Assembly: GCA_016869045.1 (NCBI GenBank)
Contig: VGFC01000003.1
Span: forward strand, 2,170-66,169
From: Armatimonadota bacterium
Lineage (GTDB): Bacteria > Armatimonadota > Zipacnadia > Zipacnadales > VGFC01
Direction of reading: 5' to 3'
Length of the DNA stretch: 64,000 nucleotides
Positions 37,548-46,809 of this stretch are shown piece by piece. Both the position numbers and the translations under genes were made by a program. Below the pieces are notes generated by a model. The model worked only from the letters and a program-made list of their open reading frames with translations. It had not been told where the DNA came from and did no database searches. The number at the start of each line of letters is the position of its first letter. The first letter of the stretch is position 1.

Positions 37548-40500
37548 TCACACATCGCGCATGTCATCGATGGGGAACTCCGTGCCGCTCTGGGCCCAGG
37601 GGTCGGCGACGAGCGGCTGTGGCGCGGGCGGACGTGGACCCGTGTCGCCATAGGGCCCCGACATGCCCGTGCGCCAGCCACCACCGAAGCCGCCCGGGTA
37701 GCTGCCGTAGTCGCCATCGTAGCCCCCGTACCCCTCCAGGCCGCCTCCGTAGCTCTCTCCGTAGGGGCCGCTGTAGGGACTGAAGGCCGAACCGGTGCCG
37801 CCGAAGCTCGGCATCCCTTCGTCGAAGCCACCGAAGTCGCCGGAGAGCCCTCCGCGCGAGTAGTAGCTGCCGCCTCCTGGGAAGTAGCTGCCGCCGCCTC
37901 CTGGCAAGTAGCTGCCGCTGCCAGGGAAGCTGCCGCCCCCGCCTCGGTAGTAGCGGCCGCCGCCGAAGCCTCCCCCCAGCGAGCCGAAGCCCGGCTGACC
38001 GATGTAGCCGTAGCTGCCATAGGAGCTGGAGGCCCCCGTCCCCATGAGCGGGCTGTAGTTCCCGGGCCCGAAGAAGTCGCCGGAGGAGGCGCCACTCCGC
38101 GGCAAGCTCAGCCCACCCAGGAAGCCGCTGCCGTAGCCGCCCCTGCCGTAGCCCATGAGGCCGCCGTAGCCGGGCGTGATCGGGCGGTTCAGGCCCTCGC
38201 CTTGGTCCCGCTCGCCCCGGAGGGTGGACTGGAAGTTCGTGCTCAGCGAGAAGACCAGCAGGTTCGTCGTGTAGTCCTCGCCCTGATAGGTGTAGCCCGG
38301 CGTCGTGCCGCCCCCGGACTGTGACAAGCGCGAGTTGTTGTTGATGAACTGCCAGCCCAAGTTCAGGCCCACCGAGTTGCTCAACTGATACTGGAGCCCG
38401 ATGTCGGCGGTGGCCTTCATGAAGTCGGCGAAACCGCCCTTGAAGTCGCTGACCCCGAACCGGGCCGCCAGGCGCGCACGTTCGGCGAGGCGGTACTCGA
38501 CATTCGCCATGACGTCAAACAGGCTCGTGTCAACGAGGTCCGCGACCTCGTTCTGCCCGAAGCCCGAGTAGTTCGGGCTCACCCCCCACTGCCGGTTGAC
38601 CGAGAGGCCGTAGGTGAAGGGGCTGTTCTGCGGGCGGTAGGTGCCGCTGAAGGTCAGGCTGTTGTTCACCACGCCGCCCCGGCCGGCATCGAGGAACTGC
38701 AGCAGGTCGGAGCCCAGAGAGACGTTGAAGGCCATGTCCTGGTTCGGGAGCCAGCTCAGGGAGACGTTGCCGTAACGCTGGTTGCTGTCGGCCAGATAGC
38801 CGACCGACCCCGCGCTGTCGTAGCTCCGCAGGCCGAAGTTGGCGTCCACGCTCAGTGAGCTGCTCGGCTGAAACGAGATGCCCAGCCGCGCCGACGAGTC
38901 GCGGTACTGGTTGAGTTCGGGTTCCTCGTCGTCGGGTGTCCCGCCGCCACCCCCGATCGGCGCGCGGACCACGTCCCCCGTCAGCCCAAACGGATAGCCG
39001 CCCGGGTTCCCGCCCCAGCCGCCGCCCATCCCCGGCGTATAGCCGCCGAAGCCGATGCCACCGCCGTAGAAGCCGCTCGTGACCGCCCCGAGCGATTCGG
39101 TCTGCGTCCAGTCCAGGTTCACGCTCAGCTTCTGCATCGGTTGCCAGCGCGCGCTGACCTGGAAGTTGCTGGAGTCGCCGCGCTGGTCCTTGTACTGGCT
39201 GCGCGAGGTGTTGCTGTTCCAGTTCGTCGCGAAGGCCAGCTTGTCGGTGGGCATCCAGGACGCGGCGAGGCTGAGCGACTGCGTGTCGCTGGACTGGGCC
39301 GAACCGAAGGGGTCGCTGTCGTCGCCGGTGGTCGTGCCGGCGTAATTCTGCCGCGTGCTGATCCATCCGGCATGGAAGGTCATCGGCGTCTTCGGCGTCT
39401 TCGGCGAGTAGTCGAGGCTCGCGTTCAGCGTCTCCAGCAGGCTGTCGCCGCGGCTGCCCCCCGAGTTTGTCATGCTCTGCCGGGACAGGCGCAGCGAAGG
39501 CCAGCCCGGATAGCTGACCGATAGGTTCGAGTCGTGGCGCACCGCCCGGATGTCCAGTGTCTTGGGCGTCTCGTCCTCCGTCTGCGACCGGCCGTCCCCG
39601 TAGTTGTAGTCGCCCCCGTAGTAGCCACCGTAGCCGCTGTAGCCGTGGGTGTATCCCGAGTTGGTCTTGACATCTGAGAAGGTGTGCGCGAACTGGATGT
39701 GCTGGTTCGGGCGGAAGCCCACGGCGGCGTTGAGGCCCTTCTCACTCCGGAAGAAGCCCACCGTATCGACGTATCGGAAACCCGGATCGATGTTGCGGTA
39801 CTGGAGGTTCACGTCGAGTTTCGACCCGCGGCTGAAGCGCAACCCGCCGCTCAGCGCGTTGCCTGCCGCGGCGCCGCCGACCGGATCGCTGCGGGCGAAC
39901 GCCGCGTCCCAGCTCAGGCTGTTACTCAACTGGTGCCGCAGCGCCAGCCCGGTAACGGCGCTGTCGCCGGAGAAGCTGTCGCCCGGGCCAATCTGGTAGT
40001 AGTACTTGATCCGCACGACCGACGTCGGCGGGACGATCCGGCGGAAGATGATCCGACCGATCTGGCGGAGCGAGTCGAAGTCCACCCCCTCGCGCTGCTC
40101 CACGTTGTCCACCAGCACGATCAGCGCCTCCTCGTGGAGGACCTTCTCCTTGCCGTTGATGATGGCCTTAGCCCCGTAGGCCAGGATGGGGCTGAAGCGG
40201 ACGTCGAACGGCCCTGTCGAACCGGAGCCGTAGAAGATGTCGTCCTGGAAGCGCGCGGTATCGGCGGCGCCGCCGGCGCCCGAGGTGTGCTCCAGGCGCG
40301 TCAACACCAGCTGCAGGCGGTCGCCCAGCAGCGCGCTCTCCATCTGCAGGCCCTGCGTGGTGCCGCCCGATTCGTAGTTGGTGGCCGACTGGTAGCTGAC
40401 CGTGATCGTGTGGGTACTGGGGATGATCCGGGGGGACTTGCCGGGCACCTCGAAGAGGAGTTGGCCGGTGTCGTAATCCAGGACGTAGTCCACCCCGAAG

Positions 40501-41111
40501 TAGACCACGTCCTCATTGATCTTCACGCGCTCGGTTCCCTCGACGATCGGCGTGAAGGTCAGGAAATACGGCCCGGACGTGTTGTTGCCCAGGAAGGTCT
40601 GTCGCCTGACGAGACCTTTCTCCTTCGACTGGAACGCGCGGAACAGGAAGTTCGGCCCGACGAGTTGGTCGAGCTGCCAGCCCTTCAGGCTCTTGGTATA
40701 GGAGGCGAACTCATTCCCCGCCAGCCGGACGTTCAGGTCGCCCCACAGCAGCGCGGAGTGCTTGCTCTGCCACCCAAGCATGAGGCGGTTGTCGTTGTAC
40801 CCGTAGCCGCTATTGGCGATGTGAGCCTGAACGCCGAAGTTCTTCCAGATCGGGCCGAAGACGTCGAAGCTCGTCGTCGCCTGCATCATCCCCGTGTTCC
40901 AGAACTGCGACTCGTAGGCCTCCCGCGAGCCCTGCGTGAAGTCGCCGCGCACGGAGAAGTCGCCCCGCCCGGTGACCTGCAGGCCCTTGAACAGCCCGAG
41001 ACCATCCAGCGCATCGCCGATGGAATCGAAGGCATCCGCGCCGGCCCGACTCGTAGGACACAGCAGCAGACAGGGGATTGCGAGAGCGAAGGCGGCGCCC
41101 CAACCGCGCAC
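37548..41111 (-). CDS. Large outer-membrane beta-barrel with SprA-like repeats and Gly/Tyr-rich tail
   Basis: GTG with GGAGGT RBS, signal peptide; IVEGTERVKIN..GVDYVLDYDTGQLLF; YRNIDPGF; many alternating amphipathic beta-strands. Confidence 0.75.
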   Translation of the reverse strand: MRGWGAAFALAIPCLLLCPTSRAGADAFDSIGDALDGLGLFKGLQVTGRGDFSVRGDFTQGSREAYESQFWNTGMMQATTSFDVFGPIWKNFGVQAHIANSGYGYNDNRLMLGWQSKHSALLWGDLNVRLAGNEFASYTKSLKGWQLDQLVGPNFLFRAFQSKEKGLVRRQTFLGNNTSGPYFLTFTPIVEGTERVKINEDVVYFGVDYVLDYDTGQLLFEVPGKSPRIIPSTHTITVSYQSATNYESGGTTQGLQMESALLGDRLQLVLTRLEHTSGAGGAADTARFQDDIFYGSGSTGPFDVRFSPILAYGAKAIINGKEKVLHEEALIVLVDNVEQREGVDFDSLRQIGRIIFRRIVPPTSVVRIKYYYQIGPGDSFSGDSAVTGLALRHQLSNSLSWDAAFARSDPVGGAAAGNALSGGLRFSRGSKLDVNLQYRNIDPGFRYVDTVGFFRSEKGLNAAVGFRPNQHIQFAHTFSDVKTNSGYTHGYSGYGGYYGGDYNYGDGRSQTEDETPKTLDIRAVRHDSNLSVSYPGWPSLRLSRQSMTNSGGSRGDSLLETLNASLDYSPKTPKTPMTFHAGWISTRQNYAGTTTGDDSDPFGSAQSSDTQSLSLAASWMPTDKLAFATNWNSNTSRSQYKDQRGDSSNFQVSARWQPMQKLSVNLDWTQTESLGAVTSGFYGGGIGFGGYTPGMGGGWGGNPGGYPFGLTGDVVRAPIGGGGGTPDDEEPELNQYRDSSARLGISFQPSSSLSVDANFGLRSYDSAGSVGYLADSNQRYGNVSLSWLPNQDMAFNVSLGSDLLQFLDAGRGGVVNNSLTFSGTYRPQNSPFTYGLSVNRQWGVSPNYSGFGQNEVADLVDTSLFDVMANVEYRLAERARLAARFGVSDFKGGFADFMKATADIGLQYQLSNSVGLNLGWQFINNNSRLSQSGGGTTPGYTYQGEDYTTNLLVFSLSTNFQSTLRGERDQGEGLNRPITPGYGGLMGYGRGGYGSGFLGGLSLPRSGASSGDFFGPGNYSPLMGTGASSSYGSYGYIGQPGFGSLGGGFGGGRYYRGGGGSFPGSGSYLPGGGGSYFPGGGSYYSRGGLSGDFGGFDEGMPSFGGTGSAFSPYSGPYGESYGGGLEGYGGYDGDYGSYPGGFGGGWRTGMSGPYGDTGPRPPAPQPLVADPWAQSGTEFPIDDMRDV

Positions 41112-41205
41112 GATGCGACCTCCGGAAGACGACGCTCGACCGCCCAGGATTCGCCGGGCGACTGCGAAGGTTGGACGCGCCGAGCGCCGGGATTGTTCCC
41201 GCGAA

Positions 41206-42279
41206 TCAGGGCGTCAGGTGGGCCTCGACAACATCGAGGTTCCGCTCCGCCTGAGCGCGGAGTTCGTCGGCGAAGGCGGCCCGGGCCGCGGCGGTCGCGT
41301 CGCGCTCGGACCAGGCTCGGTCGATGAGGTGGAGGACCTCCTCGAGGTCCGCCTCCAGGGGGGCCCACAGGGCGTGGGCGCCGCTGGCGAACGCCGCGAC
41401 CTTGGGGTCGTACGACAGCGCCACGAACGGCACCGCCTGCGCCGCGGCGAAGATGCACGCGTGAAGGCGCATCGCGATCACGAAGTCGAGGCTGCGCACC
41501 AGCCCCACCCACTGCGCCGGCGATAGCTCACGGTCCACCCCGACCGCGCGGACACCCAGCATCTCGGCCGCTTGCGAGGCGAGGTGGGTGTCCTCTTTGG
41601 CATGCAGCGCCAGTGGGACGATCTGCGCGCCGTGGCGCTCCGTGAACTGCTTGGCCGCCTCCAGCGCGTGGGTCAGCGCCGCCTCGGCGCCCTGCGCCTC
41701 ACGCAGCGCGAGGCCCACGCGTGGACCGCCCTCTCGCGAGGGCAGCCAGTGCGCCACATCCTCCGGCGGCGCCGGGTCCACCAGCGCGGCGAGGTCAGCC
41801 GTGATGGCGATGCTCTCGGCCGGCACGCCCATCTGGACGAGCAGCCCCGCGGAGTTGCCATCCCGGACGGTGATCCCCGCCGCCCGGCGGAACAGGCGAG
41901 CGGTCAGGGCGCGCGTCAGCCGGTGTCTCAGTGGACCGATGCCTTGGCCCAGCACGACGAAGGGCGTCCGTCGCAGCCTCGCCAGGGCCAGGATGCCCAG
42001 ATAGTACAGCGCCGACCGGACGCTGGTCGAGTCTTGGATCAGCCCTCCGCCCCCCTGCAGGACGAGGTCCGCCGCGCCGATCTGCCGCCAGAGGGTCGGG
42101 TAGTGCCGCCGCGGCGCCGCGTGCACGCCGTGGGCCGCGTGGGTCGCGGGCGGGTCGGCGGACAGGACGACCAGCTCCGCGTCGGGCCGACGGCGTCGCA
42201 GCCCGCCGAACATGCCCGCGAGGATCGCCTCATCACCCGCGTTGCCCAGTCCGTAGTAGCCGCAAATCAGGATGCGCAT
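41206..42279 (-). CDS. csaB: Polysaccharide pyruvyl transferase CsaB
   Basis: GYYGLGNAGDEAIL, GGGGLIQDSTS, GQGIGP, ITVRD, MRLHACI, SYDPKV. Confidence 0.93.
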   Translation of the reverse strand: MRILICGYYGLGNAGDEAILAGMFGGLRRRRPDAELVVLSADPPATHAAHGVHAAPRRHYPTLWRQIGAADLVLQGGGGLIQDSTSVRSALYYLGILALARLRRTPFVVLGQGIGPLRHRLTRALTARLFRRAAGITVRDGNSAGLLVQMGVPAESIAITADLAALVDPAPPEDVAHWLPSREGGPRVGLALREAQGAEAALTHALEAAKQFTERHGAQIVPLALHAKEDTHLASQAAEMLGVRAVGVDRELSPAQWVGLVRSLDFVIAMRLHACIFAAAQAVPFVALSYDPKVAAFASGAHALWAPLEADLEEVLHLIDRAWSERDATAAARAAFADELRAQAERNLDVVEAHLTP

Positions 42280-42284
42280 GGGGT

Positions 42285-44279
42285 TCACGCGGCGTCGTCC
42301 GTATCCGGTACGAAGCGCCGCCGGAAGGCCTGCCAAACGCGCTCGCCGAGCTCCACCACGGCGTACAGCAGCCCGCCCAGGACCGCGCCAACCCACAGCC
42401 CGTGCAGCGTGCGCGCGACCGAGATCAGGACCGGTGTGTGGAGATGGCTGAACGTGTTGACCATCGACACCTGGCCGACCGTGCCGAGCGCCAGCAGCGC
42501 CCACAGGCCGCCCCGCTTCCCGGCCATCGCCCGCGCGACCGCGAGCACGAGGAGTGGGTGGCCGATCAGCAGCTCCTTCGTACGCGGTCGCACGCCAAAC
42601 ACGCGATCCAGCACCGCGCGGAACTGCAGCTCGAGGCCGGAGACACCAACCCCGCTCTCGTTCCCGCTACGCAGCAAGAGCAGCCCCAGACCCGCCACGC
42701 CGACCAACAGCAGCGCCGTGTGCCAGTACTTCACGACGGCCTGGCCGGCCACTCGCCAGCCGCGCAGGAGCGTCGTCAGCGGCGCCTCGCCCTCCGCGGC
42801 TCCGTGTCCGCCCAGACCCCAGCCGATCTGCAGCAGGAGCACGGCCAGCATGGGAACGAGATGCGAGATCTTCACACCGGAGAACTGGTCGAGCTTCACC
42901 AGGAATCGCGTGTCTGCGAGGCAGCCGATGATGAACAGGCCGGCCAGGAGACTGATGCCGGACGATGCGGCGAACAGCAGGAGAGCGCGGAAACTAGGGA
43001 CAGGCCCCAATTTCGGACATGGCGTCCGTCCGAAATTGGGGCCTGTCCCTAGTTTCCGCCCGACAGCAAGCGTCGGCAGCGCCAACGCGCCAAGAAGGGC
43101 GCAGAGCTTCGCCATCGGGGTGAGGGCCGCGAAGGCGCCAGCCAGCGCCAGCACCGCTGCAACTGCGATGATCGCGATCACCCAGAGCGGACGGCACCCG
43201 AGCAGTTCGAGGAGGCACAGACCCAGCGCGCCGATCACCCCGAGCATCGCCAGCCAGCGGAGGATCGCCGACACTTCGAGGCGCCCATACGGCTCCGGCG
43301 CACCCAGCTCGAAGCCGTGGGACTTCAGGCGGGTCGCGAGCTTGCTCACATACCCCTCGGCTGCGGCGACCGGGTCGGGCCCGCAGGGCTCGAACAGCCG
43401 AACGTAGCACGCGCGGATGTTGCGCTCGCGCACCGCCAGCGTGAAGCGATCCGCCGCGCGCTGCACACTGGTGCCGAGCATCTCCGTCTCGTTGATGCTG
43501 TGCACGCGGATGAGGCTGTGCGGCAGACGCGAAGCCAGCGCCATGTCGCCATACTGCTTGCCGAACTCGACGTAGCCGAACAGTAGCCCCTGCCGCGCGA
43601 ACGCGTCGGCCACGCGGGCGATGTCCGTGGGATAGCCCGGGGCCGCGGTGCCGGCGAAGATCACCAGCCGCGCGTTGCGCTCCTTCGCGAGGGTCAGCGC
43701 GGCATCGGCTGCCTTCTGCCACTGGTTGCTTTCGGCAAAGGGCCGCGGGACGAAGGCCAGGCCGGCCTGGTTGATCTCCTGCACGGCGGACAGGGGATAG
43801 CCGATCCCGATGTCGAGGATGTCGGCGGGGTCACCGGATCGCAGGTCGAGCCGGTACGTGCGCGCCGCTACCGGAGCGAAGGTTGCCGCTCGCTGCCCGA
43901 GGCGCTCGACGAGGCTGCGATGCAGCCGCTGAATCGTCTCCGAGGGCCCGACGAACGAGGCGGTCGGTGGCGGATAGGGCGCCCCCTCATCGCGCGCGCG
44001 CGGCGCCGAGGCCACCTCACCGGCCTGCATGGCGGTGCGGAGGGTCTGCTCCGTGATGGCGACGTGGGTGGCGCCGGCCTTCTGCAGGCGCGTCAGCACC
44101 TCGCGCGTCGTGAGGCCGCCGACCGTGGACAGCTGACGGAGCTGGTCGTAGTCCAGGATCAGCGCGACGGTCCGGTTCGCGCTCTCCACGCGGACGCGGG
44201 CAGCCGCCGCCACGAGGGCGGCGCCTGCGCCGATGGCCAGTAGGATCAGGCAAGCGTAGCGGGCGTGGTTTGTGGTCAT
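42285..44279 (-). CDS. DUF5693 family membrane protein (usual csaB neighbour)
   Basis: RVHSI, AVRERNIR, QFSGVK, RSGN, VRPRTKELLIGHP, GQVSMVNTFSHLHTP. Confidence 0.88.
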   Translation of the reverse strand: MTTNHARYACLILLAIGAGAALVAAAARVRVESANRTVALILDYDQLRQLSTVGGLTTREVLTRLQKAGATHVAITEQTLRTAMQAGEVASAPRARDEGAPYPPPTASFVGPSETIQRLHRSLVERLGQRAATFAPVAARTYRLDLRSGDPADILDIGIGYPLSAVQEINQAGLAFVPRPFAESNQWQKAADAALTLAKERNARLVIFAGTAAPGYPTDIARVADAFARQGLLFGYVEFGKQYGDMALASRLPHSLIRVHSINETEMLGTSVQRAADRFTLAVRERNIRACYVRLFEPCGPDPVAAAEGYVSKLATRLKSHGFELGAPEPYGRLEVSAILRWLAMLGVIGALGLCLLELLGCRPLWVIAIIAVAAVLALAGAFAALTPMAKLCALLGALALPTLAVGRKLGTGPNFGRTPCPKLGPVPSFRALLLFAASSGISLLAGLFIIGCLADTRFLVKLDQFSGVKISHLVPMLAVLLLQIGWGLGGHGAAEGEAPLTTLLRGWRVAGQAVVKYWHTALLLVGVAGLGLLLLRSGNESGVGVSGLELQFRAVLDRVFGVRPRTKELLIGHPLLVLAVARAMAGKRGGLWALLALGTVGQVSMVNTFSHLHTPVLISVARTLHGLWVGAVLGGLLYAVVELGERVWQAFRRRFVPDTDDAA
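42987..43059. repeat. Perfect 32-bp-arm palindrome inside the DUF5693 CDS
   Basis: gcggaaactagggacaggccccaatttcggac-N9-gtccgaaattggggcctgtccctagtttccgc. Confidence 0.9.
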
Positions 44280-44288
44280 AGGGCGGGT

Positions 44289-44954
44289 CTAGGGTTTGAC
44301 GGTCTCGATTCGGTTCAGAGCGCTGTAGTCCAGCGTCGCGTGTGCCTCGAGGAAGGCGGTGATCGCGTCCGCGAGAGTGCCCGTGGCGCCGTCCTGGATC
44401 GTGGTCTCGGTGAAGCAGGGGATCGTGAAGTAGCCCGACCCGCCCTTCGCCAGGTCCTCCGGCATCGCCACGCGGTAAGTGGCGGTGTCCTGCACGGGCT
44501 GTCCGCCGAGCTTCAGGCTCGTGATTCGCGTGCCCGCCGCCGCCTTCGGGTCGTAGGTTACCCGCAGACCCGCGACCTGCAGGAAGTGCGCGCTCTGTTG
44601 CGGGGCGCGCGACAGCGACCGCTCCAGCGCCGCCCCCAAACAGGCGCCGGTGATGTTCGACACCACCCATGGCCGCTGCGGCTTGATGAGCAGCGCCGAG
44701 ATGTCACCGGCGGTGACCTTCCCCGGCGGGATGGGGACCGTGCCGGGCTTGAACTGCGTGGCGTTGACCAGCGCCGCCTGGGCCGACCCCGCCTCCTTAA
44801 TCGCGTCCGCCACGAGGTCACCCAGCGCTGTCTCCTGTTGGAGGACTCCCTCGGTGGTCAGGGCCGTCTCCGTGCGGGCGGCCAACGCGCCGCCCGCTCC
44901 AACGGAGAGGGCTGTCGCCAGACACAGACTTGCTGCTGCGATGCTCTGACGCAT
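44289..44954 (-). CDS. Secreted stand-alone 5'-nucleotidase C-terminal domain protein
   Basis: ETALGDLVADAI, ALVN, FLQVAGLRVTYD, LAKGGSGY; no metallophosphoesterase domain. Confidence 0.8.
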   Translation of the reverse strand: MRQSIAAASLCLATALSVGAGGALAARTETALTTEGVLQQETALGDLVADAIKEAGSAQAALVNATQFKPGTVPIPPGKVTAGDISALLIKPQRPWVVSNITGACLGAALERSLSRAPQQSAHFLQVAGLRVTYDPKAAAGTRITSLKLGGQPVQDTATYRVAMPEDLAKGGSGYFTIPCFTETTIQDGATGTLADAITAFLEAHATLDYSALNRIETVKP

Positions 44955-44955
44955 G

Positions 44956-46066
44956 TCACTCACCCTCTCGTCCGGCGCTCGACTGCAGGTACGCCCGGAT
45001 GAACTCGTCGATGTCGCCGTTGAGAACCCCCAGTGCGTCTCCGACCTCGACACTCGTGCGATGGTCCTTGACCATCATGTACGGCTGCAGCACGTACGAG
45101 CGAATCTGGTTGCCCCACTCGATGTTGCCCTGATCGCCGCGCAGGGCGTTGATCTCGTCCTTCCGTCTCTGGCGCTCAAGCTCGTAGAGCTTCGCCCGCA
45201 GGATGTTCAGCGCCGTGCGCCGGTTCGAATGCTGGCTGCGCTCGTTCTGGCACGAGACGATGATCCCCGTCGGCAGGTGCGTGATGCGCACCGCCGAGTC
45301 CGTCTTGTTCACGTGCTGCCCGCCTGCGCCGCTGGAGCGGAACGTCTCGACGCGCAGGTCGTCGGGCTTGATGTCCACCTCGATGCTCTCGTCGATCTCC
45401 GGCACCACGTCCACCGCCGCGAAGCTCGTATGCCGGCGCTTGTTGGCGTCAAACGGCGAGATGCGAACGAGGCGATGGACGCCGACCTCCGCCTTCAGGT
45501 AGCCGTACGCATGGGTCCCGATGACCTGGGCGGTCACGTTGCGGAACCCCGCGCTCTCTCCGGGCACCGAGTCCACCACCTGGAACTTCAGTCGATGCCG
45601 CTCCGCCCACATCGAGTACATCCGCAACAGCATCTCCGCCCAGTCGCACGCCTCCGTCCCACCGGCGCCCGCGTTGACCGACAGGATCGCGTTGCTCCGG
45701 TCGTGCTCGCCCCCGAGCACCGTGGCCAGCTCCAGTTCTCCCAGCGTCGAGCGGGCGGCCTGAAGCCCCTCCTGAACCTCCGGCTCGACCGAGTCGTCCC
45801 CCTCCTCCATTCCCAACTCTACGAGCGTACGCAGGTCCTCGACATCCTGCTGCAGCCTGTCCCACGGCTCGATGAAGACCCGAAGCTGGCTGATCTTCTG
45901 CATGTGCTTCTGGGCCGCCTCGGGGTCGTCCCAGAAGCCCTCGTTCTCGATCGTCTTCTCATGGTCGGCCAGCTGCTGCGCCTTGCCGGCGACGTCAAAG
46001 ACGATCCCTCACCTTCGTGATGGTCTGGTGGAACTCGTCCACCTCGCGCTTCAGGTCAAGCAACAT
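44956..46066 (-). CDS. prfB: Peptide chain release factor 2 with programmed +1 frameshift
   Basis: 23-codon first frame ending CTT TGA C at 46000-45994; +1 frame continues FWDDP...RISPFD...GAGGQHVNKT. Confidence 0.97.
45994..46010 (-). promoter_or_regulatory. prfB frameshift site with internal SD-like sequence
   Basis: GAGGGAT-CGT-CTTTGAC on minus strand. Confidence 0.9.
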
Positions 46067-46239
46067 CACAGTCTCCCCCCTCTATGGGTACGGCGATTCT
46101 CTACATGATATAGACCCTCTCGGGGATCGCAGAGTTCTCCTGCGAAGCCGAGATTCCGGTCACAAGACGCGAACAAGGCGCTCCGCACCGTCGCGAGGAC
46201 GCGGGGAGCGCCTTGGGCAGTCCAGGATGCTGACGGTCG

Positions 46240-46710
46240 CTAGCCTTCTGCGGCCGCAACCGCCCCGGCCGCGCCCTGAGCGGCCGGCTTGGGGCTGGGG
46301 TAGCGGCAACCGGGCCACACTCTCTTCAGGCCGTCCCTCAGGCTCGCGGCCCACTTCGCGGCCAGTTGCTGGGTGCAGATTCCGCCCCCCGCCGCCTCGG
46401 CGTCCCGCGGGTAGACGGTGATCAGCTTGATTCCGTTCACGAAGACCGTCGGCTTCCCGTTAATGGGGGACACGGTCACCGGCCCCGGCTGGCCCGCCGC
46501 GAAGATGTCGATCAGCCGCCCGTTCACCAGCTTCTGCCGCTCCTCCACCGTGTAGCCCGCCGCCGGCGTGAGGATGTCGAAGAACTTGGTGTTGCCGATC
46601 GCGATGTCCATCTGGGTCGGCGGAACGTACTTCGGCGTCTGCGCGACACACACCCCTGCCGCCAGAGACAGAGCGACGACGATCAGTAGCAGATGCTTCG
46701 TGGCTGGCAT
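46240..46710 (-). CDS. Secreted hypothetical protein
   Basis: Signal peptide MPATKHLLLIVVALSLAAGVCVA; GAGGAG RBS. Confidence 0.7.
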   Translation of the reverse strand: MPATKHLLLIVVALSLAAGVCVAQTPKYVPPTQMDIAIGNTKFFDILTPAAGYTVEERQKLVNGRLIDIFAAGQPGPVTVSPINGKPTVFVNGIKLITVYPRDAEAAGGGICTQQLAAKWAASLRDGLKRVWPGCRYPSPKPAAQGAAGAVAAAEG

Positions 46711-46809
46711 GCGAGCACACTCCTCGGTTTGAGACTCGGGGCTCTAGGCTGTCTTGTCATCATACCCCTTCGACGCCGGCGCGCAACCACCTGCTTCGGG
46801 CCGCGGCTC

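Noticed and set aside
37529..38095. N-terminal extension of the 1206-aa ORF
   Set aside because: It is an off-frame reading of the barrel's Gly-rich tail; the RBS and signal peptide place the start at 37528.
37548..41111. Barrel as LptD or a TonB-dependent receptor
   Set aside because: No OstA N-domain, TonB box or plug motif is recognisable; the SprA-like repeats fit better, although this is not formally excluded.
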